From: an uncultured Gammaproteobacteria bacterium
GTDB taxonomy: Bacteria > Pseudomonadota > Gammaproteobacteria > Eutrophobiales > Eutrophobiaceae
Direction: 5' to 3'
Assembly: GCA_938084745.1 (NCBI GenBank)
Contig: CALKEZ010000022.1
Location: forward strand, 24,140 to 88,139
Length of the DNA stretch: 64,000 nucleotides
Part shown: positions 9,047 to 19,268 of the stretch, in pieces
Position numbering within the stretch: position 1 is the first letter of the stretch
How the letters are laid out: each line of letters opens with the position of its first letter
The notes under the pieces: model-generated
Database searches by the model: none
The model's input: the letters and a program-made list of their open reading frames with translations, nothing else
Told to the model about the DNA's origin: nothing
Translations under genes and position numbers: made by a program

Positions 9047-10708
9047 TTATAGAAAGTTTTTAAAAAGTTGTTCGCTGGCATGGAGGCTATTTCTAAAGTA
9101 ATACCATTGCGCACTCCATATCAAGGCATAGGTATCGGTCGAGGTGAGTGGTAGTTGAAAACGGGGTTCTTTTTGTTGCAACAGATTGATCCCAAACATT
9201 TCATCACGCAGATGTTCGAGCACAAGCTGGGTAATGTCTGCTTCTATAGCGACGTCTTCGGCAACATCATGCAATACACCATCCAGCGTTAATAATACTT
9301 TACGAAAGATTAGCAACGGTCTGGAAAACTCTAGGCCACTTAAGATGAGTGCATCCAGTAGTGACAACACGTCTTTTATACCGGGCAATCGATATAACGA
9401 GAGTTGCGCTAGAAATTCACTGATCTGCTCTTTTAGCTTATCTTGGCGCTCAGGCTCTTTGTCGAAGTCTGTGTCGCTCAACTCCATAATGACTTTTCTG
9501 ATCAGATTCGCATCGCGTAGTGTTAAAGCCGAGATAAGCAGGATAATCTTGCGCCGATGTTCAAAACTCAGGCGTTCGGTTAAAGCCCAATCGAACAGAA
9601 TTAATTCATGTGTGTCTTCATCAACAAACAGATTACCGGCATGCGGATCGGCATGAAAGATGGCTTCTTCCTCTACTGAAAATAATGGCATGGCTATCAA
9701 GGCTTCTACAATGCGGCTGGCCAGGGCATTACGATCGAATTGCTTGTTGGCAAATTCGGTAGTGACTTTAACGCCCTTCTCAAAACTCATCGCCGTGATG
9801 CCGGGTGCCGACAATGGTTCGATGAAAGCCGGCACGCGCATACCCGGCACTGACTGGTATCGCTCATGCGCTTCGCTTAAATTTGCCTGTTCTTGCAATG
9901 AATCAAGTTCTTGTTGAAGCAAGGCACGGATGTCTTCGAACACACTGCGTAGATTTATTTCGCTCAGTCCGTGTTTGTCTTGTTTGTTATCAAGGTGATC
10001 AGCCAGATCGTGCAATAGATCCATTTCTTCCATGAAGTATTCATTGATGTGTGGCTTGATTACTTTGAAGATGCCCTGCTCTCTATTTTTCGTTGCCGGA
10101 TTTAACCAGCTAAACCGCATTAAGGCGCTGACAGTAGCTTCGGCATGTATCTGCGTTTCCAGCGTGACCTGATACTGCTTCAGTACCGGACCGAGACGGT
10201 CTTCTATCACCGCTTGGATCTCTTCTGGCGCGACATCGTGCACTTCATTTTCCAGATTCGTTAAGGACTGACGTAATTCGGGCGTAAGCTTGCGGTTACG
10301 AGCGACGACTTGTCCGAGCTTTTGTAAACTCGGCATTTGTGCAATAAAACAGATCAGTCTTTCGGCCAACGTGGTGTCGTCAGGCAACTTCACTTGCTCA
10401 ATGAGCTTGGGGATGACGCGTTTACCTGACAGTCGGCTACCAATAAAAATGACCGCTTCTGTGACGATGGGGCGCCAATCGGCATAACAATCCGGCACGA
10501 GTTCTTTCAGCGACAATTGTTTTGCGAGCAATGTGCCCATCTGGCCGCGCCAGCCTTGCTGCTCAAATTGCTTGATGATTTTTTCCAGTGCCGCCTGTTT
10601 CTGTTTGGCGTCGCTTTCCAGCTGCATGACGAACGCCAGCAACTCGGTTGCCTGTTTCTCTGTTAACAGCTTGCGTATTTCGTCCAGCAGGTTAAATTTT
10701 TGGCTCAT
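9047..10708 (-). CDS. ABC1 / UbiB-family atypical kinase
   Basis: 553 aa. The motifs FHADPHAGNLFV and LFDWA are characteristic of the ABC1 kinase family. Confidence 0.75.
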   Translation of the reverse strand: MSQKFNLLDEIRKLLTEKQATELLAFVMQLESDAKQKQAALEKIIKQFEQQGWRGQMGTLLAKQLSLKELVPDCYADWRPIVTEAVIFIGSRLSGKRVIPKLIEQVKLPDDTTLAERLICFIAQMPSLQKLGQVVARNRKLTPELRQSLTNLENEVHDVAPEEIQAVIEDRLGPVLKQYQVTLETQIHAEATVSALMRFSWLNPATKNREQGIFKVIKPHINEYFMEEMDLLHDLADHLDNKQDKHGLSEINLRSVFEDIRALLQQELDSLQEQANLSEAHERYQSVPGMRVPAFIEPLSAPGITAMSFEKGVKVTTEFANKQFDRNALASRIVEALIAMPLFSVEEEAIFHADPHAGNLFVDEDTHELILFDWALTERLSFEHRRKIILLISALTLRDANLIRKVIMELSDTDFDKEPERQDKLKEQISEFLAQLSLYRLPGIKDVLSLLDALILSGLEFSRPLLIFRKVLLTLDGVLHDVAEDVAIEADITQLVLEHLRDEMFGINLLQQKEPRFQLPLTSTDTYALIWSAQWYYFRNSLHASEQLFKNFL

Positions 10709-10879
10709 ATCATCCTTTATTACTTGGGAATTTGATCAATGCGGTTGACTCCGTTTTTTGTTTCTAATACATAGTACTGCAATTTAGTTTTTGATAGGAG
10801 TCTGTAAGTTTAACCAGGCTCGATCTTGTAATCTCCGACTAATTACACAATATAGAAACGGATAGGGAGGAAATCGAAC

Positions 10880-11113
10880 ATGACTAAATACCATCGCGAG
10901 ACAGGCATGCTGACTTTGAGCCTGGAAGACGCACAAAATTTCCACCGCACTGCTGATCGCAAACTGGGGGAAAACCCACCGATTGAGTTTTATGCCGACA
11001 AACTAACCAAATTTGGTTATGAGGTGTCCGGGATAACGGCAGATAAACTTGATGTAAAAGCGCCGGAAGATGAGGTTTATGAATTATTGAGCGGCCAACT
11101 GATTTATCTTTAA
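10880..11113 (+). CDS. hypothetical small protein
   Basis: 77-aa ORF with a strong SD (GGGAGGAA) 7-8 nt upstream. No family recognised. Confidence 0.5.
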   Translation: MTKYHRETGMLTLSLEDAQNFHRTADRKLGENPPIEFYADKLTKFGYEVSGITADKLDVKAPEDEVYELLSGQLIYL

Positions 11114-11185
11114 TTTGCGCTTTGTTGATGCCGATGATGTTTCGTTCTTTACCTACTACAGTATTAATATAACAAGAGGTTATCT

Positions 11186-12127
11186 ATGGATTTCAAGGAT
11201 TATTATAAAATTCTAGGGGTTGAACCAGACGCTGATTTGAAGGCAATTAAAACCGCATACCGTAGACTGGCGCGCAAGTATCATCCGGATGTTAGTGAAG
11301 ACAAAGATGCCGAGGCCAAATTCAAGGATATAGCGGAAGCTTATGCGGCCTTGAAAGATCCGGAGAAGCGAGCGGAATATGATGAACTGAGAAAATACGG
11401 TCAACACGGACAACGCTTTGAGCCGCCACCGGACTGGCAATCGTCATTTCAGCATGACGATGACTTTTCTGATTTCTTTGAATCAATTTTTGGCTCTCGA
11501 GGTCCACGTGCCGGACGTCAACAATACACACAGCGCGAAACACATTTCAATTTACGCGGTCAGGATATTGAAACCGAGTTACCTATATTTCTCGAGGAGA
11601 CTCTGGCAGATGAGCGCAAAACAATTTCCTATCATTTGCCACATTACGATAAAGAAGGCCGACGTCTGGCAGATATAAAGAAGACTCTTAATGTCAAAAT
11701 TCCCAAGGGCGTTAGCGAAGGCGAGCGTATTCGTTTGAAAGGTCAAGGTGGCCCCGGCATAGGAACTGGTGCTAGCGGCGATCTTTATCTACATATTCGT
11801 CTGGTCCCGCATCCCTTGTTTGATGTAGAAGGTCATAACCTGACAATTACAGTGCCTATCTCGCCCTGGGAAGCCGTGCTTGGAACAAAAGTCGAAGTAC
11901 CTACACTCTCAGGCAGTATTAATTTAACACTACCACCCAATAGCCAGACCGGGAAACGTCTGCGCATAAAGGGGAAAGGGCTGCCGAGTAAAACTGGCAG
12001 CGGCGATCTCTATGCCGTCGTCAAGATTGTCATTCCTGAACGCAGCGATGAGGAGACTAAAAAAATCTGGGAATCGCTATCGAAAAAAATCAAATTCAAT
12101 CCGCGTAGCGAATGGAGTAAGACATGA
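11186..12127 (+). CDS. cbpA: curved-DNA-binding DnaJ-like co-chaperone CbpA
   Basis: J-domain DYYKILGV...[11 protein letters not shown] and DnaJ C-terminal domains, with no Zn-finger region. The downstream partner is cbpM. Confidence 0.85.
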   Translation: MDFKDYYKILGVEPDADLKAIKTAYRRLARKYHPDVSEDKDAEAKFKDIAEAYAALKDPEKRAEYDELRKYGQHGQRFEPPPDWQSSFQHDDDFSDFFESIFGSRGPRAGRQQYTQRETHFNLRGQDIETELPIFLEETLADERKTISYHLPHYDKEGRRLADIKKTLNVKIPKGVSEGERIRLKGQGGPGIGTGASGDLYLHIRLVPHPLFDVEGHNLTITVPISPWEAVLGTKVEVPTLSGSINLTLPPNSQTGKRLRIKGKGLPSKTGSGDLYAVVKIVIPERSDEETKKIWESLSKKIKFNPRSEWSKT

Positions 12128-12432
12128 TAGAAGCGAGTGTGACAGTCAAGTTTTCGCTAGATGAGGTTTGCGAAATAGCTGAATTACCGACCGAGGTTTT
12201 AATCACGATTGTCGAAGAAGGTGTATTGGAACCTAGTGGAGAGTCACCGGAAGAATGGCGCTTCGATTCCACTATGCTGAGCATAGCCAAGCGCGCCGCC
12301 AGATTGCATCGTGATTTCGAAATCGAGTGGACCGGTATTCCTTTTTATCTCGATATGATCGAAGAACTGGAAAAACTCCGTGCAGAAAACAGGACATTGC
12401 GACAAAGGTTGAATCGATTTTTATTGAAGTAA
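12124..12432 (+). CDS. cbpM: chaperone modulator CbpM (MerR-like)
   Basis: 102 aa. Its start overlaps the cbpA stop (ATGA). This size and position fit the cbpAM operon. Confidence 0.7.
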   Translation: MIEASVTVKFSLDEVCEIAELPTEVLITIVEEGVLEPSGESPEEWRFDSTMLSIAKRAARLHRDFEIEWTGIPFYLDMIEELEKLRAENRTLRQRLNRFLLK

Positions 12433-12478
12433 GTCTGGCTTTTTCAATCCAGTCCCTCTGACACAGATCATACAAACA

Positions 12479-13051
12479 CTAGCGTAGCATTAACATGTGT
12501 TGTTCACCCTGTTCATCCAGCACAACGATCGACATTGCACTTCCCACGGGCGTCACATCCCGCCAGAGCTTGAAAACCTCATTCAATGCAATGCCACGAG
12601 CGGCGTGGTCCATTTCTAACCAGGCTTGTGTTGCAATGACGTTGATACTACCTGCACCGTTATTTTTTACGGCGGTAAAATAAACAATGTCATTTTTCTG
12701 CCGGATAGCGTCATTGTAGTCATTGAACTTTTGCAGGAATATTTTAAATCGTTTATCAGCCGGATTTTCTCGCGGGCTTTCTTTCTGAACTACTTTATTA
12801 ACCAATGATTGATGCACCCAACCTGTTTTTATATCTTCGCGTCCGGTTTCAATATTCACCCATTCGGCCTGACGTTGAATCTCCATCACCTGCTTCCCTT
12901 TGAGCAACTTGATTAAGACATCGGCTTCGGTTGTTGGGGCAGATCTGAGATTGACAATATTTGCCGTGATGACTAATGCATCGCCAGTTTCCGCACTGGC
13001 AAGACTGACACAGAGCCTGATACACGCGCAGACAAGAATGCATTTTTGCAT
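12479..13051 (-). CDS. secreted bacterial SH3-domain protein
   Basis: Signal peptide MQKCILVCACIRLCVSLASA. The SH3b-like segment is VITANIVNLRSAPTTEADVLIKLLKGKQV. I chose the start at the internal ATG at 13051. Confidence 0.55.
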   Translation of the reverse strand: MQKCILVCACIRLCVSLASAETGDALVITANIVNLRSAPTTEADVLIKLLKGKQVMEIQRQAEWVNIETGREDIKTGWVHQSLVNKVVQKESPRENPADKRFKIFLQKFNDYNDAIRQKNDIVYFTAVKNNGAGSINVIATQAWLEMDHAARGIALNEVFKLWRDVTPVGSAMSIVVLDEQGEQHMLMLR

Positions 13052-13083
13052 AATTTTATTTTGAATTTTCAACACAATTCCAT

Positions 13084-13947
13084 TTAGACAAAATCAATAT
13101 TAACAAATGTCCCTTCTGTTGAATGATCAGTTAACTGCACGGCATTACTACCATTAATAACTACGGAAAGATGTTTTCTCGAGACTTGTCTTTCCGCCGC
13201 ATCTATTTTGACTGTACTGCCGGCACTCCTGCCTACAATATTACTGCCCTTGTGCAGGATAGTCGTGCCGTTATTATTAATAAACTGCACGGCGGCATTT
13301 TCCGCAACTATCTGGCACGGGTAGGAGGCAAGCAGAATGTCGAACCGATTGCCGGCTGTCAGGTTTACTGACACCGGTTTATCTTTTGGTAAACGCCTGA
13401 ATTCTTTTTTGGCCTCTGATGCCAGTGCAACTTCCTCGCGTAAATGGCTAAGACTCCAGGTCGCTCCAAAGTCTGTGGCTTTATCTATATCTTCAAAGGC
13501 AGTTGCCGTAGCATTTTTTTTCATGCCCGCACGTATATATCCAATCGTCTCTTCCAGCGCCGACAGGTACTTCATGTATTTCATAATGACGGTAACACGA
13601 ATAGCGTTGATTTCACCCTGCTCTTTATTTAGGGACTGAATAATATCCCGCCAGCTCTGATCTTGTGAAAACATCTGCGTATCCAGTTCGCGCATTGAAC
13701 GATCAATATTGTCAGGCTCATCGACAATACTATTCAATACCTGAAACATGGATTTATTCAGAGAGGCAAGTTTCACCGCTTGCGTCTCAAGTTCCGCTGC
13801 AGATAATTCAAACAATTCAGACAATCTTTTTGACGATACTGAAGTCCTGCCTTCCAGACAAAAAGCAACATCCGTGACGGTATTAAACTTCAGTATCTGA
13901 TCGCCGATTTTAAGCTCTACCGGTTTTTTAAATATTTTTTCAAGCAT
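13084..13947 (-). CDS. FHA-domain protein with an uncharacterised N-terminal module (paralogue of 47540-48424)
   Basis: C-terminal FHA: NIVGRSAGSTVKID...VSRKHLSVV...LTDHSTEGTFVN. The N-terminal roughly 140 aa align by eye with the ORF at 47540. Confidence 0.8.
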   Translation of the reverse strand: MLEKIFKKPVELKIGDQILKFNTVTDVAFCLEGRTSVSSKRLSELFELSAAELETQAVKLASLNKSMFQVLNSIVDEPDNIDRSMRELDTQMFSQDQSWRDIIQSLNKEQGEINAIRVTVIMKYMKYLSALEETIGYIRAGMKKNATATAFEDIDKATDFGATWSLSHLREEVALASEAKKEFRRLPKDKPVSVNLTAGNRFDILLASYPCQIVAENAAVQFINNNGTTILHKGSNIVGRSAGSTVKIDAAERQVSRKHLSVVINGSNAVQLTDHSTEGTFVNIDFV

Positions 13948-14152
13948 TTATTGAAAGCCGTGTTAGCAATAACTGGGATTATATAAAACGTAATCGCTCT
14001 TGATTTTCTACTAGTATAGTTACAAAGGTTTCTGCAAACAGCTTTTTTATCATCAAACCTTGTCCGTATTAAATTATTGTTTTTTTGTTTCATCGCTTCT
14101 CAAGGTACACTCTGATAAATTCCTTAACTCAAAATTTCTGAAGGCTTACGAT

Positions 14153-14668
14153 ATGCGTATTTTTAAATTTCTGCTGGTTTCGGTTCTTGGCTTGTCATTT
14201 ATTTTATTTTCTACTGCTTATGCTGCACCGCTGAATATCGGAGGAACAGCCGGGGACTGGGAACTCCAATCCAAAGATGGTGATACGGTAACCTATTATG
14301 CTGATAGTGAAGACAAGGTCTCGGTGATTATCTTCTGGGCAACCTGGTGCCCGTACTGCGCTACCCTGATGCCGCATCTGGAAATTATTTATCGTAAGTA
14401 TCGAAACAAGGGGGTTAAATTTTATGCGATTGATGTCTATGAAGACGGGGCTATTGATCCAATAAGCTATTTTGAGCAGCGCGAATTTAGCTATACGATG
14501 CTACTCGATGGCGATGAGGTTGCCAGCCAGTACGATGCCAAGGGGACACCTTCTGTCTATGTGATTGGTAAGGATAAGAAGGTTGTCTATAAACGGCCCG
14601 GCGGCGTAAGTGATGTGCTGGTAAAACAGAATGTTGATTTAAGAATTAAACAGGCATTGGCAAAATGA
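14153..14668 (+). CDS. periplasmic TlpA/ResA-like thiol:disulfide oxidoreductase
   Basis: Signal peptide MRIFKFLLVSVLGLSFILFSTAYA and the thioredoxin motif WATWCPYC. I moved the start to the ATG at 14153. Confidence 0.8.
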   Translation: MRIFKFLLVSVLGLSFILFSTAYAAPLNIGGTAGDWELQSKDGDTVTYYADSEDKVSVIIFWATWCPYCATLMPHLEIIYRKYRNKGVKFYAIDVYEDGAIDPISYFEQREFSYTMLLDGDEVASQYDAKGTPSVYVIGKDKKVVYKRPGGVSDVLVKQNVDLRIKQALAK

Positions 14669-15056
14669 GCAGGTTGATCATGTGCCCTGGTTTAATTAAG
14701 TTAATGTTTTTGTGTTGACTGTTGCCAGTGCTTGCAGTTTTCCGACAGCATAATCGACGCCGATATCAGATGCTAAAAAAAACATCCGTCAATCTCGGGG
14801 TTGGTGTAGCAATACAACTGACCCTATTATTGCAACCATTCAGATAAGAATTGAACGTAATAAAATTTAACTTATTTATACTGTTTCCTTACATTTAATT
14901 TGTTTGTGGAGAGAGAATTATCCGTAATGGAAATAATGGCTTTAATACGAAGTAATGTAACAACTATATGCAGGCTGTATCATGCCTACAAGAAGACCAT
15001 CCCTGGTCCGCTTGTAGGGAGCCTCTCCAGCCACTTCCGGAGACAAAGATTGATTG

Positions 15057-15350
15057 TTATCTGGTAGCGCTACTGTTCACGGCATGTAATTCTTCATGTA
15101 TTTTTAACGGCGTAACTTCTTTATAACTATCCAGCATCCTTTCGATACTTTGTGATTGAGCCACCGTTTGATTCTGCCAGCCTTCAAACAAATTGATGCC
15201 AATAAACCATTTTGTTTTATGATCCCGACAAATAAACCAGTGTTCTTTTCCAAGGTTTACAAAGCCATCGGTCTTATCGCATATCGGGCAAACCCCACAA
15301 TGCATATTGTATTGAATCTCAGGGATTGGAATAACGTTGGTAGGAATCAT
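15057..15350 (-). CDS. hypothetical Cys-rich (putative zinc-binding) small protein
   Basis: The ATG at 15350 is preceded by GAGGAGG 7 nt upstream. Motif CGVCPICDK...FICRDH. The gene is embedded in an AT-rich region with long noncoding flanks. Confidence 0.5.
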   Translation of the reverse strand: MIPTNVIPIPEIQYNMHCGVCPICDKTDGFVNLGKEHWFICRDHKTKWFIGINLFEGWQNQTVAQSQSIERMLDSYKEVTPLKIHEELHAVNSSATR

Positions 15351-15534
15351 GGCACACCTCCTCGGGTGTAAGTTACCTACAGAATTAAAAGGCAAGCTCT
15401 ATACCAGTTAAGTATAGACTCCTATATGAGACTTAAAATGCGGATTATTGTTTGATTTTTATGAATTTTTTATTACATAAAACTCAAGCAGTTTCTTAGG
15501 AAGGACTGACAAGTTGCCAGTTAAAAAGATATTT

Positions 15535-16116
15535 TTACGTATTTTTGCCGCAATGAAGCCAACGGTGGAACAATTTCGCCATAAACGGCATGACGGCATA
15601 GGTCATCAGACTAACCAGCGTCAATGATGTGACAGCTATCTGCAGGTAGACAGGTAGCGCACCAAGAAAGGGCGTCAGGCAATAATACAATAGAACGGAC
15701 AAGGGAAAGATTGATATCCAGACGATCAGCAGCATTTTATATTTGGCTGGAGGTACCACTGCCTCGCCACCGGGCAACGTAAACCAGGTTTCCAGTCCGT
15801 TGAGTATTTCCACCTCTTGTTCGCTGGCACCCACTTCGGCGTAACGTTGCAGCCATTGCTCGCGAATTTCAGATCCTTCCCAGGCAAGATAATTGCGCAT
15901 GGAATCAAACTTAAACACGATGCGGTAATAGTCGCCAGGAAAAGTCGGTTTAATAATATTCACACCCAGATGACCCTGAAACGCCATGGCATCTTTGGTA
16001 GTACCCGACATCACTTTTTCAAACTCATCGACACAGCCCGGTTTTGGTCGACGCTTTACAATGATCGTGACCGGCGTATCACAATCAATAGCTTCAGATT
16101 TATTTGTTGGTTCCAT
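15535..16116 (-). CDS. ABM (antibiotic-biosynthesis-monooxygenase-like) domain protein with a C-terminal membrane domain
   Basis: The N-terminal ferredoxin-like ABM segment (VTIIVKRRPKPG...F, FDSMRNYLAWEGS) is followed by 2-3 TM helices. Confidence 0.6.
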   Translation of the reverse strand: MEPTNKSEAIDCDTPVTIIVKRRPKPGCVDEFEKVMSGTTKDAMAFQGHLGVNIIKPTFPGDYYRIVFKFDSMRNYLAWEGSEIREQWLQRYAEVGASEQEVEILNGLETWFTLPGGEAVVPPAKYKMLLIVWISIFPLSVLLYYCLTPFLGALPVYLQIAVTSLTLVSLMTYAVMPFMAKLFHRWLHCGKNT

Positions 16117-16309
16117 TTATTTCAGCATTGACGGCAGCAAGTTCTTCTTCGGTTACTCGTGCTATTTCAATAATCACGTCACGATTTTCAAGTTCGGTAG
16201 CTTGTTCTTCAGAATCTGCGCTGAGTTTATGTGCGAGATCCTGTTTTATTTTTTCGAGTCTTGCTTCAAGATCTTTTTTCTTTTTAAGTAATATTTCTTT
16301 GTCGCTCAT
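16100..16309 (-). CDS. hypothetical coiled-coil small protein
   Basis: 69 aa with GGAGA 8 nt upstream of the ATG. It overlaps the downstream ABM gene by 17 nt. Confidence 0.5.
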   Translation of the reverse strand: MSDKEILLKKKKDLEARLEKIKQDLAHKLSADSEEQATELENRDVIIEIARVTEEELAAVNAEINGTNK

Positions 16310-16377
16310 TATTAATTCTCCATTCGATATTATCTGTTTAAATCTATCGTCATTGAATTCTAATATATTGCGTCAGA

Positions 16378-17460
16378 TCAATTTTGACTCATATTTAGCA
16401 AAGAATTAATGCGTCCCACTTTTCTGTTGAAAACAGCCGTTGGCACACCAAAGGCCTGCTTTAATTCAACATCCCGATCCCATTTGTTTTTTATCTGGTT
16501 CAACCGCCAGGCATTTTTTACTCCAATATGGTTAAGGTGATACCAGGGTGACACCAGCGGGAAAGATTGCAACGGCCAATCTGTTCCATAGATCATTCGT
16601 TCTGTTAGACCGGGTTTTTTCAGCGCTCTGGCAAGATATCCCCGTTTGTTAATCTGCGTCAGGCTGGAGATGTCAGCGTAAAGATTGGGAAACTTGTCAA
16701 ACATCGGCATGATGCGTTCAAAGTTATCCTGTCCTTCAGATTCGCCAGTAGTGGCAATGTGTGCTGCAATCACAGTCACACCACAATTCAACGCCAGCTC
16801 CAGGCGTCGTGGATCGGCTAGCGCATCATTTGTATCGGGAAACGATTTTTCCATACCGGTGTGCGTGAGTAAGGGTATATCCAATTCAGCCATTTTTCGA
16901 TAGAACGGTTCGAACTGTTTATTGGCCGGATCAAAATGCATAATCGAAGGGATCCATTTAATTAATACAGCACCCTGTGCATAGACCTTTTCCAGCAATG
17001 CGATACTATCTGGGCGACCCGGGTTAATGCTGGCGCCAAATAGCAAGTGTGGATACTTCGCTGCCTGGCTGGCAACAAAGTCATTGTCGACATAGAACTG
17101 TGTTTTGGCTTTATCGAGTTGTCTGGTATTTTTATCAATCACACCATCCAAAGCGAGGATGATAGCCTGATCAATGTAGCGTGATTGTTCAATCTTTTGA
17201 TTAAGACGTTCGACCACGATTTGATCACCAGAGTCTTTTAAGTCTTCTTCGCTAACATCCATCCATTTCAGAAAGAATTTGAAGCGATAATTATTGCGCA
17301 TGGCATCATTAATAAAATTGCCGGAATCGCCATAACCGAGACCAGCGACATGTGTATGCCAATCGGTGATATTTAACTGTTCCAGTTCATCATCGGCAAC
17401 TGCAGTGGCTATACTGAAATACGCTATCAGTAGAATAAATACAGTCGTATTAACTCTCAT
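16378..17460 (-). CDS. secreted amidohydrolase-family (TIM-barrel metal hydrolase) protein
   Basis: Signal peptide MRVNTTVFILLIAYFSIATAVA, then DWHTHVAG and later HTG / AAH / GTDWP motifs. I moved the start to 17460, leaving an 11-nt overlap with the upstream ABC gene. Confidence 0.7.
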   Translation of the reverse strand: MRVNTTVFILLIAYFSIATAVADDELEQLNITDWHTHVAGLGYGDSGNFINDAMRNNYRFKFFLKWMDVSEEDLKDSGDQIVVERLNQKIEQSRYIDQAIILALDGVIDKNTRQLDKAKTQFYVDNDFVASQAAKYPHLLFGASINPGRPDSIALLEKVYAQGAVLIKWIPSIMHFDPANKQFEPFYRKMAELDIPLLTHTGMEKSFPDTNDALADPRRLELALNCGVTVIAAHIATTGESEGQDNFERIMPMFDKFPNLYADISSLTQINKRGYLARALKKPGLTERMIYGTDWPLQSFPLVSPWYHLNHIGVKNAWRLNQIKNKWDRDVELKQAFGVPTAVFNRKVGRINSLLNMSQN

Positions 17461-19264
17461 AGAGCAATTCTTTTTCCTCTTCTCCGGCATGTCCAAACTG
17501 GATTTCTGCAAGTCGTTTATACAAACCGCTTTTTTTCATCAAGTCCTGATGCTGACCAATATCAACAATATGACCATCTTCCATAACAACAATGCGATCA
17601 GCTTTTACAACCGTAGATAAGCGATGAGCGATAACCAGGGTCGTATGATCCTGCATTAAATGGTCAAGCGCGGCTTGTACCAGTTTTTCACTTTCGGAAT
17701 CGAGTGCGCTAGTGGCTTCATCTAGTAACATGATTGGCGGATTTTTTAATATTGCCCGTGCAATAGCAATGCGCTGTTGTTGTCCGCCCGAGAGCCGGAT
17801 GCCCTTTTCGCCCAAAAAACTTTGGTAGGACTCCGGTTGCTTTTCAATAAACTCATCGGCGATAGCAGCACGCGCCGCCTGTTTAACATCCTCATCGGTT
17901 GCAGCAGGATTACCGTAACGTATATTTTCCATTGCTGTAGTTGCGAATAAGACAGTGTTTTGCGGTACTATCGCAATTCGTCGGCGCACTGCTTCCGGAT
18001 CAGCCGTTTTAATATCAACACCATCCAGCAGAATTTTTCCTGATTGCGGGTCATAAAAACGCAGTAGTAATTGAAACACCGTACTCTTGCCTGCACCAGA
18101 CGGGCCGACCAAAGCGACTGTTTCACCGGGCTTGATCTCAAGGCTGAAATGTTCCAGTGACTTCATGCCAGGGCGAGAGGGATAGTTAAAACAGACATCC
18201 TGTATTTCTATATGCCCACAACCTGTGACAGGGAAAGCAACCGGGGTGTCGGGTATGGTGATATCTGATTGTATATGCAATAACTCCATCAAACGTTCCA
18301 TGGCACCCGCGGCCCGTTGTATATCGTTCCACACTTCACCCAGCGAAGTGGTACTGCCGGCGAGGAACGTGGCATACAGTAGAAATTGGCCTAATGTTCC
18401 CGGAGTCATTGAGCCATCTACTACAGCATGGGCCCCGATCCAGAGCACGACAACCATCGCACCAAATGCCGTTAATATGATAGTTCCGGATAATACTGAA
18501 CTCACCAACAATCTTTGCCTGGCTGTTTTAAATGTTTCTTCTACCGAGTGACTGAAACGTTCACCAAGGAAATTCTCCAGCGTAAATGCCTGTATGATAT
18601 GCACTGCATTCAGTGATTCATCAGCTATGCTACTTGAGTCTGCGATACGATCCTGATTTGCGCGCGAAAGCTTTCTTACCTTGCGGCTGTATAGCATTAT
18701 TGGCACAACGACGACAGGCACCAGCAGAATAATCATCAGCGTCAATTTTGCACTGGTCACGAATAACATGATTAAACAACCAATAACGCTAAACAAACTG
18801 CGTAACGCAATCGACATGCCGGCACCAAACACGGTCTGAACCAATGTTGTATCAGTGGTCAAACGCGACAGTACTTCACCGGTGCGTGTTACTTCAAAAA
18901 ATGTTGGACTCATTTTTATTACGTGTTTGTATACCGTTGAACGAATATCTGCGACCACCCGTTCACCAATCCACATCACGAGGTAATATCGTAAAGAGGC
19001 GAACAAGGCAAAAACAACAGCGAGACAGAGCAAGGCGATAAAATAGGCATTGATAGAGTCCAGGTTATCGCTGGAAAAACCATAATCTATGACATAGCGG
19101 ATGGCGACAGGCATGGCCAGCATGGAGACCGAGGCAAGGGTTAAAAATGTAAAAGCGAGGATTAGCCTGGCAATATAGGGCCGCATAAAAGGCAAGGCCA
19201 TACGTAAGGGTTTGAGGCTACTGGCCTTGGGACGGTCGATATTCTTAGAGTTTGATTTTGCCAT
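17450..19264 (-). CDS. ABC exporter, fused permease/ATPase (ABCB half-transporter type)
   Basis: Six TM helices, then Walker A GPSGAGKST, signature LSGGQQQRIAIARA and Walker B IMLLDEATSALD. Confidence 0.9.
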   Translation of the reverse strand: MAKSNSKNIDRPKASSLKPLRMALPFMRPYIARLILAFTFLTLASVSMLAMPVAIRYVIDYGFSSDNLDSINAYFIALLCLAVVFALFASLRYYLVMWIGERVVADIRSTVYKHVIKMSPTFFEVTRTGEVLSRLTTDTTLVQTVFGAGMSIALRSLFSVIGCLIMLFVTSAKLTLMIILLVPVVVVPIMLYSRKVRKLSRANQDRIADSSSIADESLNAVHIIQAFTLENFLGERFSHSVEETFKTARQRLLVSSVLSGTIILTAFGAMVVVLWIGAHAVVDGSMTPGTLGQFLLYATFLAGSTTSLGEVWNDIQRAAGAMERLMELLHIQSDITIPDTPVAFPVTGCGHIEIQDVCFNYPSRPGMKSLEHFSLEIKPGETVALVGPSGAGKSTVFQLLLRFYDPQSGKILLDGVDIKTADPEAVRRRIAIVPQNTVLFATTAMENIRYGNPAATDEDVKQAARAAIADEFIEKQPESYQSFLGEKGIRLSGGQQQRIAIARAILKNPPIMLLDEATSALDSESEKLVQAALDHLMQDHTTLVIAHRLSTVVKADRIVVMEDGHIVDIGQHQDLMKKSGLYKRLAEIQFGHAGEEEKELLYES

Positions 19265-19268
19265 ATCG

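Noticed and set aside
9186-9656. A 156-aa antisense ORF inside the ABC1 kinase gene. Similar long antisense ORFs occur at 26503-26952, 39723-40224, 44869-45228, 59706-60116 and 61504-62034.
   Set aside because: Each lies fully within a sense-strand gene that has clear family motifs. Their products are Ser/Cys/Arg-rich and lack recognisable domains or ribosome-binding sites.
14696-14785. 29-codon minus-strand ORF (MFFLASDIGVDYAVGKLQALATVNTKTLT) that reads like the C-terminal fragment of a protein
   Set aside because: It is too short, has no SD and I recognise no homology. It may be a pseudogene remnant, but I cannot support that from sequence alone.
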